Shown here one piece after another: positions 17,935 to 28,645 of a stretch of 64,000 nucleotides of DNA (positions within the stretch are counted from its first letter, which is position 1; every line of letters starts with the position of its first letter). The notes under the pieces were generated by a model, which searched no databases, was not told the origin of the DNA, and was given only the letters and a program-made list of their open reading frames with translations. This DNA is from Patescibacteria group bacterium (GTDB lineage Bacteria; Patescibacteriota; Patescibacteriia; SBBC01; CAIJZX01). Made by a program: the position numbers and the translations under genes. The DNA lies in NCBI GenBank assembly GCA_038065275.1, contig JBBTRH010000002.1:34756-98755 (forward strand), written 5' to 3'.

Positions 17935-18969
17935 ATGAAAAAAGCACTGATTACAGGAATTACGGGCCAGGATGGATCATATTTAGCCGAACTTCTTTTG
18001 GAAAAGGGCTACGAAGTCCATGGTATTGTTCGCCGATCATCGACGTTTAACACCGGTCGGCTTGATAACATATACCAGGACCCGCACGCACCTGATCGCC
18101 ACTTAATCCTCCATTACGGCGATTTGACGGACTCTTCAAACCTATTCCGAATTATTGAAAAAGCCAATCCCGATGAAATTTATAACCTCGGGGCGCAGAG
18201 CCACGTCCGAGTTAGTTTTGATATGCCGGAGTACACTGGCGATGCGGATGGCCTCGGCGTAACACGCTTGCTTGAAGCGATCCGCGAAACTCGCGTCAAG
18301 ACAAAGTTTTACCAGGCATCCTCCAGTGAAATGTTCGGAAAGGTTCGTGAAACTCCGCAAACAGAATTGACACCCTTTTACCCGCGCAGTCCGTATGGTG
18401 TAGCAAAGGTCTATGCCTATTGGATGACCGTCAACTTCCGCGAAAGTTACAATCTTTTTGCTTGCAACGGTATTTTGTTCAATCACGAATCTCCCCGCCG
18501 GGGCGAAACATTCGTGACCAGAAAAATTACCCAGGGCTTGTCGCGGATTAAAACTGGAAAACAAGATGTGCTCTACCTGGGTAACCTTGATGCCAAACGC
18601 GACTGGGGTTACGCCAAGGATTACGTGGAAGCGATGTGGCTGATGCTGCAACAACCTAAACCGGACGATTATGTTATCGCTACCGGCGAAACGCATTCAG
18701 TTCGCGAGTTTGTTGAAGAGGCTGGTCGGCATCTCGGTATGGATATCTTATGGCGAGGCGAAGGCATTAACGAAGAAGGTTTTGATAAAAAAACTGGAAA
18801 AACGATCATCAAAATTGATCCTAAATACTTCCGTCCGGCTGAGGTTGATCTGCTGATCGGCGATCCGGCGAAAGCAAAAAAGAAACTTGGCTGGACGCCG
18901 AAGATGACCTTTCAAGATTTGGTAAAATTGATGGTCGAGTCTGATTACCAAACTGAATTAAAAAAGTAG
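17935..18969 (+). CDS. gmd: GDP-mannose 4,6-dehydratase (copy 2, about 60% identical to copy 1)
   Basis: [22 protein letters not shown]...; same motifs ([13 protein letters not shown]). Confidence 0.9.
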   Translation: MKKALITGITGQDGSYLAELLLEKGYEVHGIVRRSSTFNTGRLDNIYQDPHAPDRHLILHYGDLTDSSNLFRIIEKANPDEIYNLGAQSHVRVSFDMPEYTGDADGLGVTRLLEAIRETRVKTKFYQASSSEMFGKVRETPQTELTPFYPRSPYGVAKVYAYWMTVNFRESYNLFACNGILFNHESPRRGETFVTRKITQGLSRIKTGKQDVLYLGNLDAKRDWGYAKDYVEAMWLMLQQPKPDDYVIATGETHSVREFVEEAGRHLGMDILWRGEGINEEGFDKKTGKTIIKIDPKYFRPAEVDLLIGDPAKAKKKLGWTPKMTFQDLVKLMVESDYQTELKK

Positions 18970-18973
18970 CTGC

Positions 18974-19921
18974 ATGGAAAAGAATGCGAAAATTTATGTG
19001 GCCGGGCATCGTGGACTTGTCGGTTCGGCGTTAATTCGATACTTACAGGCGCAGGGTTATAGTAATTTGATCTGTCAGACAAGAGCAGAATTAGATTTGA
19101 TGGACTACTCAGCGGTTCAAAGATTTTTTAAAAAAGAAAAACCTGAATTCGTTTTTTTGGCCGCGGCTAAAGTCGGTGGGATTCATGCTAACAACACTCT
19201 CGGCGCGGATTTTATTTACGAAAACCTGACGATTCAAAATAACGTCATTAAATCTGCTCATGATTTTAAAACTAAGAAATTATTATTTTTGGGGAGCAGT
19301 TGCATTTATCCACGCGATTGTCCGCAACCAATAAAAGAAGAGTATTTTCTTGATGGTAAACCTGAACCCACGAACATTCCGTATGCGGCTGCGAAAATTG
19401 CTGGGATACTTATGTGCCAGGCATTCCACAAACAATACGGCGATAATTTCATCTCGGTCATGCCGACTAACCTTTATGGACCGAACGATAACTTTGATCT
19501 CGAAACATCGCATGTTTTTCCGGCTCTCATTCGTAAGTTCCACGAAGCGAAAGTTTCTCATTCACCCACGGTTACTGTTTGGGGTACGGGATCACCAAGA
19601 CGTGAATTTTTACATGTGGATGATTTAGCCGATGCCTGTATCCATTTGATGAAAACATACGACGACCCGTCAATCGTAAACATCGGAACTGGGGAGGATG
19701 TCAGCATCAAAGAATTTGCTGAAATAGTGAAAGAGGTTGTTGGTTACGTCGGTGAAATTGTATGGGATACGACCAAACCAGATGGAACGCCGAGAAAATT
19801 ACTTGATGTTTCGAAAATAAACTCTTTGGGATGGAGGGCGGAGATTCAACTTCGGAATGGCATAAACGAAACATATCAATGGTATCTCAACAACATTCAA
19901 CATGGCCGAGTATCAGGGTAA
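18974..19921 (+). CDS. fcl: GDP-L-fucose synthase (GDP-4-keto-6-deoxymannose 3,5-epimerase/4-reductase)
   Basis: Collinear with E. coli Fcl: [49 protein letters not shown]. Confidence 0.9.
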   Translation: MEKNAKIYVAGHRGLVGSALIRYLQAQGYSNLICQTRAELDLMDYSAVQRFFKKEKPEFVFLAAAKVGGIHANNTLGADFIYENLTIQNNVIKSAHDFKTKKLLFLGSSCIYPRDCPQPIKEEYFLDGKPEPTNIPYAAAKIAGILMCQAFHKQYGDNFISVMPTNLYGPNDNFDLETSHVFPALIRKFHEAKVSHSPTVTVWGTGSPRREFLHVDDLADACIHLMKTYDDPSIVNIGTGEDVSIKEFAEIVKEVVGYVGEIVWDTTKPDGTPRKLLDVSKINSLGWRAEIQLRNGINETYQWYLNNIQHGRVSG

Positions 19922-20738
19922 TACAATCGTAATCAAGCCAACAAAAGGATGGGTTTCCATTAACCTCCGTGAGTTATGGCGCTTTCGAGAATTGTTCTAT
20001 ATCTTTTCCTGGCGCGATTTTAAGGTTCGATATAAACAAACAATCATCGGGGTACTCTGGGCAATACTCCAGCCCTTCCTGATGATGGTGGTTTTTTCCA
20101 TTTTTTTTGGTCGTTTGGCCGGCATTTCAAGTAACGGGGTGCCCTATCCGATTTTTGTCTACTCAGGATTAATTTTTTGGAACTATTTTTCAACCGCGCT
20201 GATGGGTGCAAGCAATACACTAACGGACAACGAGAATATCGTAAAGAAAATCTACTTCCCTAGACTTTTACTTCCCTTTTCGGCGACCATTACCCCCCTG
20301 ATCGATTTCTTTTTTGCATTGTTGGTATTGGTGGGGATGATGGTGTACTACCATTCCGCTCCATCACTACTCACTGTTGTTCTATTGCCTCTGCTCCTGC
20401 TGTTGAGTTTTTTAGCAGCATCGGGGCTTGGATCGTTACTTTCGGCCATCAATGTTAGATTTCGGGACGTACGATATGCACTGCCTTTTCTAACACAGTT
20501 GTTATTCTTTGTAACACCAGTCATCTACCCTATTAGTATAGTACCCATTCAATACCATTGGGTGCTCAGTCTGAATCCGATGACAGGTATTATTAATACT
20601 GCTCGGGCGGTATTCTTACACCAAAGCACCATACCGTACACTGAACTTATCTACTCAACGCTGGTCATTATTGTACTCTTTATACATGGCCTATTCTACT
20701 TCCGCCGCACGGAAAAGATATTCGCGGATGTCGCCTGA
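19902..20738 (+). CDS. wzm: ABC-2 type polysaccharide export permease (Wzm-like)
   Basis: 278 aa, 6 TM helices; overlaps fcl stop; followed by ATPase. Confidence 0.8.
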   Translation: MAEYQGNTIVIKPTKGWVSINLRELWRFRELFYIFSWRDFKVRYKQTIIGVLWAILQPFLMMVVFSIFFGRLAGISSNGVPYPIFVYSGLIFWNYFSTALMGASNTLTDNENIVKKIYFPRLLLPFSATITPLIDFFFALLVLVGMMVYYHSAPSLLTVVLLPLLLLLSFLAASGLGSLLSAINVRFRDVRYALPFLTQLLFFVTPVIYPISIVPIQYHWVLSLNPMTGIINTARAVFLHQSTIPYTELIYSTLVIIVLFIHGLFYFRRTEKIFADVA

Positions 20739-20740
20739 TT

Positions 20741-21991
20741 ATGGAGCAAGCCATAATCTCAGCCCAAAATCTGTCGAAAGCGTACCGAATATCGCATCGC
20801 GCGTCATACGGAACATTACGTGATTCAATCTCTCAACTAGCAAAGAGACTACTCACCAAGACAGATCAACACGACACCGTTGAAGAGTACTGGGCATTAC
20901 GCGACATCAACTTTGATGTCCAGACCGGAGAATGCATCGGCATTATCGGGAAAAATGGGGCCGGCAAGAGCACACTACTCAAGATACTGTCACAAATCAC
21001 CTCGCCAACATCTGGCCAAGTGACCATCAACGGTCGGGTCGCGAGCTTGTTAGAGGTGGGAACTGGTTTTCACTCGGAACTCACAGGACGAGAAAATATT
21101 TTTTTGAACGGAGCGATTCTAGGTATGAAGCAGTCGGAGATTCGCAAGAAATTCGATGAAATTGTCGCCTTCGCAGAAGTTGAAAAGTTTCTTGATACGC
21201 CCGTCAAGCGCTATTCCAGTGGTATGTATGTACGTTTGGCTTTCGCCGTCGCTGCCCACCTCGAGCCGGAGATCCTTATTGTCGACGAGGTTTTGGCTGT
21301 TGGTGATGCGGAATTTCAAAAGAAGAGTTTGGGGAAAATGCGTGAGGTTAGTGAGCGGTCCGGTCGAACTGTCATTTTTGTTAGTCACAATATGGCCGCC
21401 ATACGGAAATTGTGCCAACGTGTATTGCTCCTAGATAAAGGACGAATCATCGCTTCAGGAAAAACCGATGCTATCATCACCCAGTATCTGCGACCTCAGC
21501 AAGAGTATCAATCTGAATCCTTATTTAATGACGACGCGCATGACGTTCAATTTCGCAGAGTTGCCACATTAAACATACATAATCAACCCGTTAGAGAATT
21601 CTCCTTCGGTGACAAGATTCTATTGCAAATAAATTTTGATGTAAAAAAGAAAATATTCTCGACTCTCATTATCGGTTTTGAAATATATAATGACGAAGGA
21701 TTGTGTATTTTTACCTCCACCAACGCTGATCAAAGTGGTGTACCAAAAAAAATTGGGGTTGGCAAGTTCCAGGCCAATATTTACATAGACACGCAACAGT
21801 TGCTCCGACCAGGAAATTTCACCCTAAACTTCCATGCGATCGTCCCAAATATCTGTATTATTGAAAATATTGAAGGAGAAATCGGCTTTTCAGTAATGGA
21901 TAGCAACGAGAACATTACCTCCAAACTTGGGTATATCAGACGAGGTGTTCTTGAACCAGTACTGCCCTGGAATATTCAGAAACTCTCCTAA
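20741..21991 (+). CDS. wzt: polysaccharide ABC transporter ATP-binding protein (Wzt-like) with C-terminal extension
   Basis: Walker A GKNGAGKST, ABC signature; about 170-aa C-terminal domain as in O-antigen-cap-binding Wzt. Confidence 0.85.
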   Translation: MEQAIISAQNLSKAYRISHRASYGTLRDSISQLAKRLLTKTDQHDTVEEYWALRDINFDVQTGECIGIIGKNGAGKSTLLKILSQITSPTSGQVTINGRVASLLEVGTGFHSELTGRENIFLNGAILGMKQSEIRKKFDEIVAFAEVEKFLDTPVKRYSSGMYVRLAFAVAAHLEPEILIVDEVLAVGDAEFQKKSLGKMREVSERSGRTVIFVSHNMAAIRKLCQRVLLLDKGRIIASGKTDAIITQYLRPQQEYQSESLFNDDAHDVQFRRVATLNIHNQPVREFSFGDKILLQINFDVKKKIFSTLIIGFEIYNDEGLCIFTSTNADQSGVPKKIGVGKFQANIYIDTQQLLRPGNFTLNFHAIVPNICIIENIEGEIGFSVMDSNENITSKLGYIRRGVLEPVLPWNIQKLS

Positions 21992-21994
21992 ACC

Positions 21995-23152
21995 ATGTTG
22001 GGCCTTCATTGGAAAACGCAACAGTCGTCAACAGCTACGACGATATCTCCCTCAAAAGACACAAGAATTGTGGGTCGAGTACTTGTTAGTTACCTTACCG
22101 AACCAGTTGAATGGCAGGATGCGGACCCACGTTTTCTCGGACACAGTAACCTATGGGAATCACGATCAATCATCCAGCAATTTCTTTCCTTGGGCTATGT
22201 GGTCGATACTATCAACTATACCGATACCGCCTTCCTACCGACTGAGCACTATGACACTGTCTTTGACATCTACACCAACCTCCAGCGGCTTGCTCCACAT
22301 CTGCCAACAACGACCATCAAGTTATTACACCTCACCGGAAGTTACGCGCCGTTTCAGAATCAGGCTGAACTCGGACGTGTACGTGAACTTGAGGAACGCC
22401 GAAAGTCCCACTATTCACCGAAACGTCTGGTTCGAGATGTTGAACTATTTGAGCGTTCACTCCAATTGGCTGACGCTTGTAGTTTGATTGGTAATGAGGT
22501 CACTCTTCGTACTTTCCCCGAAAACTACCGCCAGAAAATATCGCTGGTTACCGTCTCGGCAACAGCCCTCCCAACGACCAAGAACGATACAATGTTCGTT
22601 CCGAATCCGCGGGAATTCTTATGGTTTTTTGGTGGCGGGATGGTTCATAAGGGATTAGACTTGGTGCTCGAATCCTTCGCCCAGTACCCGAACGCGACAC
22701 TGCATATCATCGGCAACGTTGAAGTGGAAAAAGATTTTATCTCGATCTACCGCCATGAGTTGTTTGATACACCCAACATCCACTACCATGGATATATCCT
22801 ACCGCATACGGCTCAGTTCCGTGAAATTGCGAATCGGTGTGTAGCATTTTTGGCACCGAGTTGTAGTGAGTCGATCTCAACCGCCGCCGCGACGGTCATG
22901 CAATATGGTCTCTACCCATTGGTCAGCCGGGCCACCGGCATCACCTTACCGCCAAACAGCGGCATCTACCTCGAACACTGTTCCATCCCTGAAATCCGAC
23001 GTTGTATCCAGCAGGTTCAAGAGATGGAAGTTGAAGTTTTACGACAGCAAATACGTCGCACCCAACGGTTCGCCCTGGACCATTACTCACGGGACAACTT
23101 TACAATCAACATGCATACATATTTATCGACCCTTTTACCAAAACCCGCATGA
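21995..23152 (+). CDS. glycosyltransferase, GT1/GT4-like
   Basis: C-terminal region with GT4-like block (FFGGGMVHKGLDLVLESF...IIGN). Confidence 0.45.
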   Translation: MLGLHWKTQQSSTATTISPSKDTRIVGRVLVSYLTEPVEWQDADPRFLGHSNLWESRSIIQQFLSLGYVVDTINYTDTAFLPTEHYDTVFDIYTNLQRLAPHLPTTTIKLLHLTGSYAPFQNQAELGRVRELEERRKSHYSPKRLVRDVELFERSLQLADACSLIGNEVTLRTFPENYRQKISLVTVSATALPTTKNDTMFVPNPREFLWFFGGGMVHKGLDLVLESFAQYPNATLHIIGNVEVEKDFISIYRHELFDTPNIHYHGYILPHTAQFREIANRCVAFLAPSCSESISTAAATVMQYGLYPLVSRATGITLPPNSGIYLEHCSIPEIRRCIQQVQEMEVEVLRQQIRRTQRFALDHYSRDNFTINMHTYLSTLLPKPA

Positions 23153-24000
23153 GCAAGCCCAGTACCGAGTTTGGCTGGAAAGAAGAGGATTTCCAACTGT
23201 TGTTGGATACGTGCAAGTATGATGAAGAGGTCCAGATTGCGAAACGACACATCGAACTGCACGGCGGACAGGAGCAAAACATTCTTGAATTAGGTGCTGG
23301 TCTTGGTCGGATTGTGAAATATTTCAAGGATGAAGGGTATCAGAATATTCATGGTATTGAATTAAACGGAACGGCCGTGAAATATCTGAATGAAAAATAT
23401 CCCGAATTGGATGTTATCCAGGGAGATGTTCTTTCACTGCCCTATCCACCAGCCAGCTTTGATGTCGTACTCAGCTACGGGCTAGTCGAACACTTCATCC
23501 CTGGACTAGCCACACCGCTGAAAGCACATTTCGATGCTTTGAAACCAGGCAGCATCGCCGTCATCACCGTACCAAGTATGAATTTCATGCGAAGATTTGT
23601 TAATCGTTGCGGTAAAATATCGACAATTATTGACCCCCGAAAGAACGTTCTCGTTCGTAAGCTACTCAAGAAACCTGATTTCGCAAAAAGAAATGCGGGT
23701 GGTAAATTTCAGTACTATGTCCACCCACCATACGGAGATTTCTTTGAGTATCGACTCACTCCGAGAGAATATGAAACCGCCTGCAAAACCGCCGGGTTTA
23801 CTATTCTCGAGAGCACCCCGATCATGCATCCTGATGGTCTCTATCACTTGATTGGCTCAAGGTTGGGTATTATTCGTCACGAGAATCACCGATTCGTTGT
23901 CTCCTTACTCGGTAAAATCATAATCGCCACCTCAAAAAGAATAAGGTTTTTCAACAACCACATGCACCTCGTCGTCGTTCAAAAACCATTCACGTCATGA
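23149..24000 (+). CDS. class I SAM-dependent methyltransferase
   Basis: Motif I ILELGAGLGRI; motif post-I/II (DVIQGDVLSLPY, FDVVLSYGLVEHF); 4-nt overlap with upstream GT. Confidence 0.65.
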   Translation: MSKPSTEFGWKEEDFQLLLDTCKYDEEVQIAKRHIELHGGQEQNILELGAGLGRIVKYFKDEGYQNIHGIELNGTAVKYLNEKYPELDVIQGDVLSLPYPPASFDVVLSYGLVEHFIPGLATPLKAHFDALKPGSIAVITVPSMNFMRRFVNRCGKISTIIDPRKNVLVRKLLKKPDFAKRNAGGKFQYYVHPPYGDFFEYRLTPREYETACKTAGFTILESTPIMHPDGLYHLIGSRLGIIRHENHRFVVSLLGKIIIATSKRIRFFNNHMHLVVVQKPFTS

Positions 24001-25001
24001 ACCGAACCATGCGCAAAAGCATCGTCATCACATCTATCTTCCCGCCGTCACAGGCGGTTAAGGCGTTTGCAAGACAGGATGGTTGGAATCTGATCGTTGT
24101 CGGTGATAGGAAGAGTCCACACGATTGGCAGTGGAAGAATGTTACTTACCTTTCCCCAACTCGACAGACACAACTTGGCTATCGCCTGACCAAGCGGTTG
24201 CCCTGGAACCATTATGGCCGAAAGATGATTGGTTACCTCTACGCCATGGAGCACGGAGCTGAGATCATCGCCGACAGCGATGATGACAATGTGCCGAATT
24301 CGAACTGGGCATTACCGAAGTTCGCCGGACCATTCCCCACCATCAAACATGAAGGTTTTACGAACGTGTATTCATATTTCGGCGGCCAACATATCTGGCC
24401 ACGTGGATACCCACTGAATCAAATTCTTGAGCGCCGTGTACCTCATAGCATTGGGACTCGCCACCATAAAGTCGGTATTTGGCAGTATTTGGCTGATGGT
24501 GATCCCGATGTTGATGCTATCTATCGCCTGACCAGTAACCGACCATTCTTCTTCCGTTCGAAGAAACCGATTGTTTTAACCCCCGGAACGATCTGTCCGA
24601 TTAACTCCCAGAATACCTTCTTCACGGCTGCTACTTTCCCCTTATTGTACTTGCCCGCCTTTGTCACCTTCAGGTTTACCGACATCCTCCGCGGGCTTGT
24701 TGCCCAACCACTGTTGTGGTCACAGGGTTTGCGGGCCGGTTTCGGGCCAGCCAGTGTGACCCAGGAACGAAATCCGCATGACTACCTGAAGGATTTTATT
24801 TCTGAGATTCCGATATACCAGCATACCGAGGAAGTTATTGAGCTGACGAAACAGGCAACGACGCGAAAAGGCACGTTACACCAGAATCTCCTGCGAGTGT
24901 ACCAATTATTGAACGCTAACGGGATTGTCAGTACCGACGAACTGGTGCTACTCAAACTCTGGCTGGCAGACGTGGCTCATTTGCAACGATCGGTACGATG
25001 A
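23997..25001 (+). CDS. hypothetical protein (glycan-cluster associated)
   Basis: 334 aa, no motif recognised; translationally coupled to both neighbours. Confidence 0.3.
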   Translation: MNRTMRKSIVITSIFPPSQAVKAFARQDGWNLIVVGDRKSPHDWQWKNVTYLSPTRQTQLGYRLTKRLPWNHYGRKMIGYLYAMEHGAEIIADSDDDNVPNSNWALPKFAGPFPTIKHEGFTNVYSYFGGQHIWPRGYPLNQILERRVPHSIGTRHHKVGIWQYLADGDPDVDAIYRLTSNRPFFFRSKKPIVLTPGTICPINSQNTFFTAATFPLLYLPAFVTFRFTDILRGLVAQPLLWSQGLRAGFGPASVTQERNPHDYLKDFISEIPIYQHTEEVIELTKQATTRKGTLHQNLLRVYQLLNANGIVSTDELVLLKLWLADVAHLQRSVR

Positions 25002-26236
25002 ATATTGGGATGATGGTCAATAATCTCGCCACCAGCGGCGGATACCAGAAACTGGTCATCCGCTTGACTCAGGAACTCCAGCGTCGCGGTCATCTGGTGA
25101 CAATCTATACTCCCCTATTTGACCCAGTTGCTTGTTTCCCAGAAATGATTGGGGATTGTACCGTCGTTACTATGTCTGTTGAATCCACTCAACTAAATAA
25201 TCATCTGGGCCTGCTAGCACGGATATCGAGGATGCTAGCCGAACCGTTATCTGAAGCCCGACGGTATTCCCAATTGGCCAAACTCGTCTCGCCTGAGACT
25301 GACCACCTGATCATCCACGATGATTATTCTTTGTATGCGTTACCCTGGGTCCCACAATTGCGTCATCAAGGGAAAGTGCTGTGGATGCTGAACAACCAGC
25401 TACCAGACGAGTATCAATCGCTCTCCCACTATTTGCGCGCCAGGTTTGCGGGAACCGGTTTCCACCTCCTGCCCATGATGTTTAAACTGCTGCAGCTACC
25501 AAACTTTATTCGAGCATACCGCCTGATCATGAAAGGAGTAGCACGTGTTTCTGTTTTCGCCACCTACGACAACTTCAATAAGGGTCTGGTTCGTACGATT
25601 CTCCATCGCGATGCCACGAATGTGAGTGCCGGGGCTGACACCATCGAGTTTGAACGATTGTACACTTCACGACACGCACCGCGTGCCGATGCTTTCCGAT
25701 TGCTATCGGTCGGGGTCATCTTCCCACATCGCCGGTATGAGGATATCCTCCGGGCTACAGCGCTATTGAATGATTCCGGATTTTCCATCCAGACCACCAT
25801 TGTCGGTTCGGCAAAACATGCGCCCGAACACGTCCGTCACCTCAAGCTCTTAACGCAAGAATTGGGTATCGAGCAGCGAGTCCGGTTTCTCCAATACATC
25901 CCCACGAACGAACTCCATGAACTCTACCGCCAAGCAGATGCATTCGTATTCGTCAACGATGGTTTTACCTGGGGCATTTCTGTGTTCGAAGCCATTGCTG
26001 CCGGTGTCCCCGTGATTATCACCAACAACATCGGTGCTGCCGATTTGGTACAGAACAGGAAACACGGTTGGGTCGTACGCCCACGATCACCGGTCGAGAT
26101 TGCTGAAGCCATCCGCGATATCCACTCGGGTCAGCATTTGTCTGCTATCATCGAAGCAGGCCGAAGGGAAATACTGTCATCCGTCTCTTGGTCGGCATAT
26201 ACTGACCGACTACTGGTTTGTCTCAATCCAGCATGA
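24998..26236 (+). CDS. glycosyltransferase family 1 (GT4-type)
   Basis: C-terminal EAIAAGVPVIITNNIGAADLV block typical of GT4. Confidence 0.7.
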   Translation: MNIGMMVNNLATSGGYQKLVIRLTQELQRRGHLVTIYTPLFDPVACFPEMIGDCTVVTMSVESTQLNNHLGLLARISRMLAEPLSEARRYSQLAKLVSPETDHLIIHDDYSLYALPWVPQLRHQGKVLWMLNNQLPDEYQSLSHYLRARFAGTGFHLLPMMFKLLQLPNFIRAYRLIMKGVARVSVFATYDNFNKGLVRTILHRDATNVSAGADTIEFERLYTSRHAPRADAFRLLSVGVIFPHRRYEDILRATALLNDSGFSIQTTIVGSAKHAPEHVRHLKLLTQELGIEQRVRFLQYIPTNELHELYRQADAFVFVNDGFTWGISVFEAIAAGVPVIITNNIGAADLVQNRKHGWVVRPRSPVEIAEAIRDIHSGQHLSAIIEAGRREILSSVSWSAYTDRLLVCLNPA

Positions 26237-27126
26237 ACCAGTCATCGCTCAACACACCATCAGCCGGTCAACCGAAGGTATCGGTCGTTATCGGTTCGTA
26301 CAACCGTTTGAACTTCCTCCGTTTGACGATCGACAGTGTCCGACGTGAATTGTCCGGTCATCCTCACGAGATTATTGTCGTCGACGGCGGATCGACCGAC
26401 CGAACTCTACCGTGGTTGATGAAGCAAAAAGACATCATCACGATTGTGCAACATAACCGCGGAACCTGGAACAAACATCCTATCCGTCGCCGATCGTGGG
26501 GATATTTTATGAACTTAGGTTTTAAGGCCGCCGAGGGAAAATATACATGCATGCTAAGTGATGATTGTCTTGTTGTTCCTGGTGCTATCATCAACGGGGT
26601 CAAGCATTTCGAACAACTCTTGGTCGCTGGACAACCGATCGGCGCGCTAGCGTTCTACTGGCGAAACTGGCCTGAGCAACAAAAATACTGGGTTGGATAC
26701 ACGCTCGGAGGTAAAATGTTCGTCAACCACGGGCTGTACCTACGCGATGCCATTCAACGAGTCGGGTTTATTGATGAACAGTATACGTTCTATCATGCTG
26801 ATGGCGATCTGTGCTTAAAACTTTGGCAAGCCGGATATGTTTGTGTTGATTCCCCAAGATCCTTCATCGAGCATTACTCCCACGCCAATAGTCAGGTTCG
26901 TGCCAGCAACAATGAAAAGCAACGTCAAGATTGGTCGGACTACATTACAAAATGGTCCGGTGTCTATTGGGTCCCGTCATCCCCCAACGAGGGTGGTTGG
27001 ATTGAGAAAGACTTCACCGATGTAACGCACACGGCTGATCGGCTACGAAGTCTTCATATGAAGAACACTTTCCACCAGCGATTAATAACTTTATCACTTC
27101 GACTATTTCATAACCGTAATTCATAA
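26218..27126 (+). CDS. glycosyltransferase family 2
   Basis: VSVVIGSYNRLNFLRLTIDSV...VVDGGSTD (GT2 N-terminal DxD region). Confidence 0.65.
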   Translation: MSQSSMNQSSLNTPSAGQPKVSVVIGSYNRLNFLRLTIDSVRRELSGHPHEIIVVDGGSTDRTLPWLMKQKDIITIVQHNRGTWNKHPIRRRSWGYFMNLGFKAAEGKYTCMLSDDCLVVPGAIINGVKHFEQLLVAGQPIGALAFYWRNWPEQQKYWVGYTLGGKMFVNHGLYLRDAIQRVGFIDEQYTFYHADGDLCLKLWQAGYVCVDSPRSFIEHYSHANSQVRASNNEKQRQDWSDYITKWSGVYWVPSSPNEGGWIEKDFTDVTHTADRLRSLHMKNTFHQRLITLSLRLFHNRNS

Positions 27127-27154
27127 TCTTAATTCATCACGTCTCGCGATCCTT

Positions 27155-28003
27155 ATGCCGAAAGTATCTATTATCACCCCGACATACAACGCCGCCGAAT
27201 TCATTGGAGCAACCATCGAGAGTGTTATTTCGCAAACGTTCACTGACTGGGAGCTTATTATCGTCGATGATGGCTCAACTGATGCCACCGTTACCGTCGC
27301 CCAACAGTATGCCCGCCAACACCAAGACCGTATCCAGGTCCATTCACACACCCATACCGGCTTGCCATCAGTCACCCGTAATGCGGCCATCTACGTAGCT
27401 CAGGGCGAATTGTTAGCTTTCCTCGATGGTGACGATGTCTGGGAAAAGAACAAGTTATCACATGCGGTGCAACTTTTTTCGCAAGATTCTGGTCTGGCGA
27501 TGATAGCAACTGGGGCGACAATCATCGGCATCGGATCGCATTACCCCATGCCTCGACCAGCCGGCCGTGTCCAATTCCGATCGTTGACTCACAATAACTG
27601 CATCATCACCTCGACCGTCGTGGTACGACGTTCGGTCATCAATCGGGTAGGGATTCAGAACACCGATCCAAAACTTTTCGGATACGAAGATTACGAATTA
27701 TGGCTCCGTCTCTCCAGTCGGGCGAACGTGCAATTAGTCGATCAGACTTTAACCCGTTACCGTCAGAACCCCCAGGGCATCTCACTAACTATTGGAAAAG
27801 GTGCTACTGATTTACAGGCAAAAAAATACATGTTCCAGCAGCTCCTCAAGACTAACTTAAACGTCTTCCAAAACCTGTATATACGTCTCGTAATTAACCG
27901 AATCAATCGGCAGATCGCAACAATGAGTTCAGGCGAAGCTCCAACCTCCAATGAACGTCCCGCGCCCCCCCCACTACCGAAATACCACCTTGGCTGCGGT
28001 TAA
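27155..28003 (+). CDS. glycosyltransferase family 2
   Basis: VSIITPTYNAAEFIGATIESVISQTFTDWELIIVDDGSTD. Confidence 0.8.
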   Translation: MPKVSIITPTYNAAEFIGATIESVISQTFTDWELIIVDDGSTDATVTVAQQYARQHQDRIQVHSHTHTGLPSVTRNAAIYVAQGELLAFLDGDDVWEKNKLSHAVQLFSQDSGLAMIATGATIIGIGSHYPMPRPAGRVQFRSLTHNNCIITSTVVVRRSVINRVGIQNTDPKLFGYEDYELWLRLSSRANVQLVDQTLTRYRQNPQGISLTIGKGATDLQAKKYMFQQLLKTNLNVFQNLYIRLVINRINRQIATMSSGEAPTSNERPAPPPLPKYHLGCG

Positions 28004-28627
28004 GTGTACCTTCCTGGATATATCAACGTCGATTATCCAAATGACAGCCATACGTTACAAATGGACTCAAAAAAAGTCGATCTCTACCAGGACATTACGA
28101 CGATCGACTATCCGGCCGGCGAGGTTGACGAAATACGACTCCACCATGTCTTTGAACACTTTACTTATTCGGGCACATTGAACCTCCTCCAACAGTGGCA
28201 TCGGGCCCTACGCCTCGGTGGCAAACTGACTATCGAAACACCGGACATTAAAGCATGCAGTCAGACCATATTCAACTCGTCGGCCCCCTTTGACGTCCGG
28301 CAACGGGTGATGCGTCATGTGTATGGATCACACGAAGTATATTGGGCTAATCACTATGATGGGTGGTACGAAGATAAATACCGCCGAATTCTGCCCCGTT
28401 TTGGATTCCGCGTCACCTCGATCGATAAAACGGAGTATCGTCGTTTGAGCAACATCATCGTTCATGCGGTGCGAGTAAAATTGTTGACCAAAGTTGAATT
28501 GTTAGCAGCAATAACGCAAACACTTCAGGACTATATGGTTGACCATTCTGCAACTGAGGAGAAGCTATTCGGTATCTGGATGAAAGAGATCGACCTGAAA
28601 CCTGTCGTACCAACGCGGCAAAGTTGA
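28004..28627 (+). CDS. SAM-dependent methyltransferase (type 11/12-like)
   Basis: GTG start immediately after upstream stop; LHHVFEHF...LRLGGKLTIETPD. Confidence 0.55.
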   Translation: MYLPGYINVDYPNDSHTLQMDSKKVDLYQDITTIDYPAGEVDEIRLHHVFEHFTYSGTLNLLQQWHRALRLGGKLTIETPDIKACSQTIFNSSAPFDVRQRVMRHVYGSHEVYWANHYDGWYEDKYRRILPRFGFRVTSIDKTEYRRLSNIIVHAVRVKLLTKVELLAAITQTLQDYMVDHSATEEKLFGIWMKEIDLKPVVPTRQS

Positions 28628-28645
28628 TAATTTGACCAAGAGTCA

